In this document: one piece after another, positions 29,665 through 33,376 of the stretch
Layout: each line of letters begins with the position of its first letter
Position numbering within the stretch: the stretch's first letter is position 1
DNA from: an uncultured Methanomicrobia archaeon
Lineage (GTDB): Archaea; Halobacteriota; Bog-38; Methanoflorentales; Methanoflorentaceae
DNA: 33,376 bases
Assembly (NCBI GenBank): GCA_964534635.1
Contig: CAZHSW010000086.1
Span: 1-33,376, forward strand
Reading direction: 5' to 3'
Translations under genes and position numbers: made by a program
The notes under the pieces: model-generated
What the model was told of the DNA's origin: nothing
The model's input: only the letters and a program-made list of their open reading frames with translations
Database searches by the model: none

Positions 29665-30603
29665 CTAATTTTCTGATCGCTCACGAACGAGATGCACGAG
29701 TTCGGTCGAGCTGTCTAATTGCTCCAATTCTTCAAGACATACAACAACGGTATTTGAAATTCTGAAAAACTTAGGCTCTTCGGCCGTGATGTAAAGCGAA
29801 CGCGCGAATACCACTTGTGAAATACTGCTCATCAGTTCAGCCCTTTTTGCCATCAGACTCGTATTCTTGCTTATTCCTGTCAGTAACGTCTCCTCTTCAG
29901 TCTGCGAGAGAACTTCAAATGGAGCCTGAAATAGAGGCAAAACTCTAAATCCTAAGCCTAAAAGCAAGGATACCGCCTCTTTCTCTACAGGCGGCAATGA
30001 ATTAGCTCGCACGATTTTAGTCACGCAAACCCGCGGAGCGAGTATGTTTATCGGCACGGCGAGAGGCGCATCAAGCAATCCCTCTAGCCTGACGGCTATT
30101 TCAACTTTGGCATCCATGCCTTCTTCATATTTACGAATACTTCGTCGAGAGACACCTAATTCTGAAGCTATAGCTCCTAAAGAAAGATTCATATGAGTCC
30201 GCGCCGCGTAAAGGGCTTTCTCGTCCAACTTGACATACAATCCTCCGGGCGCTGCGTAAATAAGAGGCGGAAGCTCGTCAATAAAAAAATCGGAAAGCGT
30301 ATCGACATTCACGGCGGGAATCCCATAACGCACGTAGACAGCACCGGCTTGAAGTTCGTGATCCCGAGCTTTTTCCCCGATCAGCAAAGGAGATCCAAAA
30401 AAATATTCTGCAAGTTTCTTGAGCTCAAGCGCCGTGTCTTCGCTTAAACCGTCTATATTTGACAGCATCTTCAAAAAAAGAAGAATTGAGCCTCTCCTAG
30501 CAGTAATATCGAAACATCGAGAGCGAACGTCGCACCTCTTGGACGTGAGAAAACCCGCTGCGTGCAACACGTCAGTCGTTTGGTCTAGGAGATTTTGCCT
30601 CAT
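29665..30603 (-). CDS. Putative HTH transcriptional regulator (COG1395-like; nuclease-like fold + XRE HTH)
   Basis: FDITARR, LK.L.NIDG, Y.RYGIPAV, YAAPGGLYV, HTH LSLGAIASELGVSRRSIRKYEEG. Start ATG 30603 (track 30633). Confidence 0.88.
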   Translation of the reverse strand: MRQNLLDQTTDVLHAAGFLTSKRCDVRSRCFDITARRGSILLFLKMLSNIDGLSEDTALELKKLAEYFFGSPLLIGEKARDHELQAGAVYVRYGIPAVNVDTLSDFFIDELPPLIYAAPGGLYVKLDEKALYAARTHMNLSLGAIASELGVSRRSIRKYEEGMDAKVEIAVRLEGLLDAPLAVPINILAPRVCVTKIVRANSLPPVEKEAVSLLLGLGFRVLPLFQAPFEVLSQTEEETLLTGISKNTSLMAKRAELMSSISQVVFARSLYITAEEPKFFRISNTVVVCLEELEQLDSSTELVHLVRERSEN

Positions 30604-30717
30604 CGATTCTCTCTGACTGCCTCTGCGCTTCACAAGCCCTTGAGCTGCTCTACTTCGTTTTATATGTGCAAAAAGCTACATATATACTTCTATTGATGTC
30701 AGTGAGTATGAGCGGCA

Positions 30718-31974
30718 ATGCTGATCGGAATTGACGATACTGATTCAAGGCGCGGAATGTGCACGACGTACTTGGCAAGCGTGCTAAAGAAAACGCTTCA
30801 AAAGGAATTGAACGAAAAAGTTAACTTACGTCTAGTGCGGCTCAATCCTGCGATACCGTTCAAGACGAGAGGGAACGCCTCAATATGCATTTGTTTGAGA
30901 GATTCGCACGATGTTGTGGCCGTCGTTCGCGAGCATATCGAACAATTTGCACATCTTGATGACCTAAATACCCATCCGGGAGCAGTCTTTTTTTATAAAA
31001 ACGTTGTTCCACCAGAGATTCGGTCTTTCGCACGTGACGCTATGCACGCAGTAGTTAGCTTAAGCAGAGCCACTCGACTCATCGAAACGCATGGATTGGA
31101 TTATTTGTCGTTTAAAACCGGTAGAGGCCTGATAGGAGCGCTTGCCGCTATAGGCGCTACCGTTGACGAAGATTTCACGTACGAACTAATCGCATATCGT
31201 CTTAAATCGAACTTTTCGAAAGAACGCTATGTTAATGCACAATCAGTCCGCCAAGCTGACTTAGCGACTTATCCACACACTTGGGACACTGTTGATCGTA
31301 AAAATAAAGCCATAGTGTGCGTGCCACACTCTCCTGACCCGATATTGTATGGCATTAGAGGAGATGATCCGCACCAAATACTTGCCGCGCACAGCAAGAT
31401 CATTTCAGAACCGGTTGCGTGTCTAACGCTTTATCAAACGAATCAGGGCACAGACGCACACATACGGCGCGCTAAAATTACTGAACTCGAAGAAGGTCAA
31501 TCTTACGTAGTGACAGGAATAATACTCACTGAGCCGTTTACAATAGCTGGGGGGCACACGTTCTTGCAGGTAAGAGATGACGGGGGTTGCTTGCTCTGCG
31601 CAGCATTCGAGCCGACGAAACAGTTCAGGGCACAGGTTCGCAAACTGCGTTATGGTGATACGGTCACTGTGCAAGGTAGCTACGTCGAAAATTGCCTTCA
31701 TTTAGAGAAACTATGGGTCATCGAATTAAGTGACCAGCATGAAATTTCGAATCCCATATGTTGCGGCAAGCACATGAAGTCGCTAGGACTCATGAAGGGC
31801 TTCAAATGCGTGAAGTGCAAAGCTGTCGAGAGAACGCGGCACGGATACAAGATCTTTACAAAGCGAGAAGCTGAAGTAGGAGCATATGAAGTCGTGCCAT
31901 CGGCGAGGCGGCACCTAGCAGCGCCCCTCATACGAAAACGAAGCCAAGGTCAGACGATATTCCCCAGCAGGTAA
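30718..31974 (+). CDS. tiaS: tRNA(Ile2) 2-agmatinylcytidine synthetase
   Basis: IGIDDTDS..GMCTTY, LVRLNP.IPFKTRGNA, GRGLIGALAA, DPILYGIRG, TNQGTDAH, AFEPTK.FR, SARRHL..P. Confidence 0.97.
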   Translation: MLIGIDDTDSRRGMCTTYLASVLKKTLQKELNEKVNLRLVRLNPAIPFKTRGNASICICLRDSHDVVAVVREHIEQFAHLDDLNTHPGAVFFYKNVVPPEIRSFARDAMHAVVSLSRATRLIETHGLDYLSFKTGRGLIGALAAIGATVDEDFTYELIAYRLKSNFSKERYVNAQSVRQADLATYPHTWDTVDRKNKAIVCVPHSPDPILYGIRGDDPHQILAAHSKIISEPVACLTLYQTNQGTDAHIRRAKITELEEGQSYVVTGIILTEPFTIAGGHTFLQVRDDGGCLLCAAFEPTKQFRAQVRKLRYGDTVTVQGSYVENCLHLEKLWVIELSDQHEISNPICCGKHMKSLGLMKGFKCVKCKAVERTRHGYKIFTKREAEVGAYEVVPSARRHLAAPLIRKRSQGQTIFPSR

Positions 31975-32020
31975 GTAAACATACGCAGAGGGTCTAGCAG
32001 GACGTGCGGAGCCAAATTAA

Positions 32021-32974
32021 ATGCGAATTAGAGCTGATAAAGGAATTTTCAGGACTCCAGAGCGGCTGGATGGGAAGATCGTCCATTTGACGCATACGGA
32101 TTTGGATGCTGTCTGCTGCGACGCACTTTTTCGCAGGAAATACGGGAACATATTCACAATCTTCTCTTCAGTTCAAGATTATAACGCCTACTTAGAGAGA
32201 CTTGCTAAGGTTCGAAACGCCGCAGGCTTAACCCTATGCCTTTCTGACCTTGGCGGAAGGTCCAGTGTTCTAGAAGCATTGACCTGTCTCAAACAAAGGG
32301 GATGGCGCGTAGAGTGGCGTGACCATCATATTTGGGACGCACAAGTCATCGGCGCGGTTATGAGTAAGATAGACTACTTGCGCGTCAGTACCGAATTTTG
32401 CGCCTGTGAGATCGTATTTAGGGATTTGTTAGCAAATGATCCGATTGCCCAAGAAATTGCAGAGTTAGGAAGAGACAAAGACTTTTGGCTAAACAAGGAC
32501 CCGCGTTCTGAGATTCTCTCAACGGCGATTAGTGATCAGCTTTCGAGAGAAAGAATTGTTGGTAAACTTTCACAAGGAGTGTTCATAGACCACGAGATCG
32601 AAAATATGTACGCGGCGCAAGTAAGGCTCAAAAAGAAGGCGCTTAGCAAAGCGCTGCGAGCGTCCACTATTTTCAATTCAACGGCCATTACGATCAGCAA
32701 TGGGTACTCAAGTGACGTCGCTGCAATGTTACGAAGCACATATCATTCGACAACAGAGTTAGTTTTGCGAACGAATGGCCGTTTCTCGATTAGAACGGTC
32801 GCTCCTGTTAGTAACCAAATCGCGGCCTTGTTTGACGGAGGGGGACATCCACACGCTGCTGGCGGGAGTCTCCATTTCACTATTGCAGAGCAACTAGCCT
32901 TCCGGTTTACGTCATATCGTCTGAAAAAAGTACGAAAACTCATCGAAACAGCATCAAAGCTTAGTCAATCGTGA
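32021..32974 (+). CDS. DHH/DHHA1-family phosphoesterase
   Basis: THTDLDA, SDLG, WRDHH, GGGHPHAAG. Confidence 0.9.
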   Translation: MRIRADKGIFRTPERLDGKIVHLTHTDLDAVCCDALFRRKYGNIFTIFSSVQDYNAYLERLAKVRNAAGLTLCLSDLGGRSSVLEALTCLKQRGWRVEWRDHHIWDAQVIGAVMSKIDYLRVSTEFCACEIVFRDLLANDPIAQEIAELGRDKDFWLNKDPRSEILSTAISDQLSRERIVGKLSQGVFIDHEIENMYAAQVRLKKKALSKALRASTIFNSTAITISNGYSSDVAAMLRSTYHSTTELVLRTNGRFSIRTVAPVSNQIAALFDGGGHPHAAGGSLHFTIAEQLAFRFTSYRLKKVRKLIETASKLSQS

Positions 32975-33376
32975 GCGGTTCGTTGCCGGTGCGCAACTCG
33001 GCAATCAGATCACATATCTCATCTGGATCATAGACCTCTTTGAATACCAACAAATGACCCATAGCACTCTTAATGTTAAGATTTCCAGTTCTTGATAGCT
33101 TTCCTGAAAAGCTCTGTTGTTTCGTTACCTTCACAACACGATTTAACGGTATCGCTGCAGTGTGCTTGAGAAAAAGGCCTTTTTCAATATACAAGTTGTG
33201 CGCGGTGATGGCATATTTCTCTGAATACGCAGCTACAACAGTTCGACTGGCTACGAACAAAAACAGTAAAAGTGAGATCGCCCTGAGCAACGTTCCGATG
33301 AGGCTAATGCCAAACAAAGGACCGACAAGAAACGACCCGAAGAGGAGGGCGACTAAAAGTAGTTCAAGCCCCTTAT
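32961..33376 (-). CDS. Membrane protein with bacterial PH (bPH_2) domain, 5' partial
   Basis: The frame stays open to the window edge (KGLELLLVALLFGSFLVGPLFG...). Two TM helices, then YAIT...KGLF.....IPL.RV.....QS..GKL...GNL.I.....F..V.DP. Confidence 0.75.
   Translation of the reverse strand, partial: KGLELLLVALLFGSFLVGPLFGISLIGTLLRAISLLLFLFVASRTVVAAYSEKYAITAHNLYIEKGLFLKHTAAIPLNRVVKVTKQQSFSGKLSRTGNLNIKSAMGHLLVFKEVYDPDEICDLIAELRTGNEPLTID

Overview
Archaeal chromosomal window, most consistent with a Halobacteriota/Methanomicrobia-type organism. This is inferred from gatDE, pantoate kinase, mptE, tiaS, the thermosome and the exosome/proteasome/RNase P superoperon. It is mostly housekeeping. Left to right: partial TRAM protein, pok-coaBC, argH-gatD-gatE-DUF1614, leuA-tatD-NYN, then the minus-strand rpl15e...rnp3-rnp2-psmA-SBDS-rrp4-rrp41-rrp42-rpl37ae-rpoP-pcc1-pfdB superoperon. 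It continues with ychF-mptE-ileS, nikR and a small accessory block at 24.1-27.4 kb, then hesB/iscA, thermosome, an HTH regulator divergent from tiaS, a DHH phosphoesterase and a partial PH-domain membrane protein. No CRISPR, rRNA, tRNA or mobile element was seen. Five points stand out. (1) The IleRS is of the bacterial/Thermoplasma IleRS2 type and carries the non-canonical GVHH signature instead of HIGH/HLGT. (2) rpoP has no canonical in-frame start, with ACG at the expected Met position. (3) A winged-helix + tandem-HTH (Cmi4-like) protein is paired with a Mut7-C RNase. (4) An AT-richer nucleotidyltransferase-cupin / TIM-barrel pair looks Methanobacteriales-like. (5) A structured leader lies upstream of rpl15e. 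Family assignments come from motif recognition and recall, not database searches.
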